Assembly (NCBI GenBank): GCA_963590085.1
Contig: CAVAOU010000001.1
Span: 1-26,636 of the forward strand
Direction of reading: 5' to 3'
DNA: 26,636 bases
DNA from: Senegalimassilia sp.
Lineage (GTDB): Bacteria; Bacteroidota; Bacteroidia; Bacteroidales; Muribaculaceae
The translations under genes and the position numbers were made by a program. A model generated the notes under the pieces. The model ran no database searches, was not told the origin of the DNA, and worked only from the letters and a program-made list of their open reading frames with translations. This document shows, piece after piece, positions 25,700-26,636 of the stretch (positions are counted from its first letter, which is position 1; each line of letters begins with the position of its first letter).

Positions 25700-26636
25700 T
25701 TAAGCGGCTACGGAGTCGTAGTCTTCATAGTCGCTGCCGTCATCGTAGTAGTAATCATCGACAACTGCCGAGTCAGCGGGCACTTCTTCGTAGACTTCTG
25801 TCTCATCTACAGCGGAGTCGCCCACAGGATACAAGTCGACATATTCGTATTCGCCGTCCTCGAGGCCGCTCTTGTTGCCGCGCGCGCTGAGCATGAAATA
25901 GGACACTGCGCCGGCGATGGCGAGCACTACTACCGCGGCAAGCGTAATCCACAGGGCCTTGCGGCTCTTCGTGCCGCCTGTCGGGCGGCTGCCGTCAATC
26001 CTTCTGGTGGGGTTGCTGTCGCCACCAGGCAATGGCGGTGGTGGCGCGGGCATCGACGGGCCTTCGTCGGTGAGCGCTTCGATAAATGCTTCGGCCGAGG
26101 GCAGGCGCTCGCTGCGCTTCATCTGCATGGCGCCGATGATGGCGTTGCGCACAGCGCCGCTGGTTTGCTGCGGCAGCGTAGCGGCTATGTTTGCCGAGGT
26201 CTGTTCGGAAGCGACCACGGGATCCTTGCCGGTGAGCATGTAGAGGAGGGTGGCGCCGAGGGCGTAGACGTCGGCCTGCGGCGCGAAATTGTTGAGTCCG
26301 GCATACTGTTCAATCGGGGCGTAGCCGTCGCTGCAGCCCTGCACACGGATTGTCGACGTGGGGCGGCCTTTCATGTCGAAATGCTTCGACAGGCCGAAGT
26401 CGATAAGCACCGGCTTTACTACCGATGCCGTGAGGTGCTGAAGCATTATGTTGTCGGGCTTGATGTCGAGGTGGTTGATGAGGTTGGAGTGGAGAAACTT
26501 GACCGCTTTGGCGATGCTGCGTATGATCTCCACGGCCTCTTTTTCGCCCATCGGTCCCTGTGCTTTGATCTTGTCGCGGAGCGAGCCGTCGCTGAGATAC
26601 TCCATCACGTAGTAGGCGGTGTTGTTGGTTTCAAAC
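25700..26636 (-). CDS. Hanks-type Ser/Thr protein kinase, membrane-anchored, 5'-partial
   Basis: The frame is open from the right edge (FETNNTAYYVMEYL). HLDIKPDNIM, LIDFG, GYAPIEQ, DVYALG, TGKDP, then a Pro-rich linker, a TM helix and an acidic tail. Confidence 0.93.
   Translation of the reverse strand, partial: FETNNTAYYVMEYLSDGSLRDKIKAQGPMGEKEAVEIIRSIAKAVKFLHSNLINHLDIKPDNIMLQHLTASVVKPVLIDFGLSKHFDMKGRPTSTIRVQGCSDGYAPIEQYAGLNNFAPQADVYALGATLLYMLTGKDPVVASEQTSANIAATLPQQTSGAVRNAIIGAMQMKRSERLPSAEAFIEALTDEGPSMPAPPPPLPGGDSNPTRRIDGSRPTGGTKSRKALWITLAAVVVLAIAGAVSYFMLSARGNKSGLEDGEYEYVDLYPVGDSAVDETEVYEEVPADSAVVDDYYYDDGSDYEDYDSVAA

Overview
This is chromosomal DNA from a GC-rich member of the Bacteroidales (Muribaculaceae/Prevotella-like), judged from TAnnTTTG promoters, a T9SS-type C-terminal domain and the lysS-gpsA-pgi order. 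Most of it is housekeeping or glycan metabolism on the minus strand: DUF2851, NAD-epimerase, dnaX, FMN-binding protein, patB, pgi, gpsA, lysS, GH3, GT4, GH53, a Sel1-repeat protein and a partial Ser/Thr kinase. Three accessory features stand out. (1) A SatD-family gene (partial, missed by the ORF track) and an AAA_14/DUF4143 ATPase-wHTH-nuclease gene each have tandem palindromic operator-like repeats directly behind the promoter. (2) A self-contained three-gene phage-like cassette (about 15.0-16.3 kb) has its own promoter and terminator and encodes a candidate unimolecular spanin. (3) There is an apparently catalytically dead stand-alone FtsH/M41-like domain, and separately a long nested inverted repeat over the lysS promoter. 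I saw no rRNA, tRNA, CRISPR array or transposase. All family assignments come from motif recognition, not database searches.
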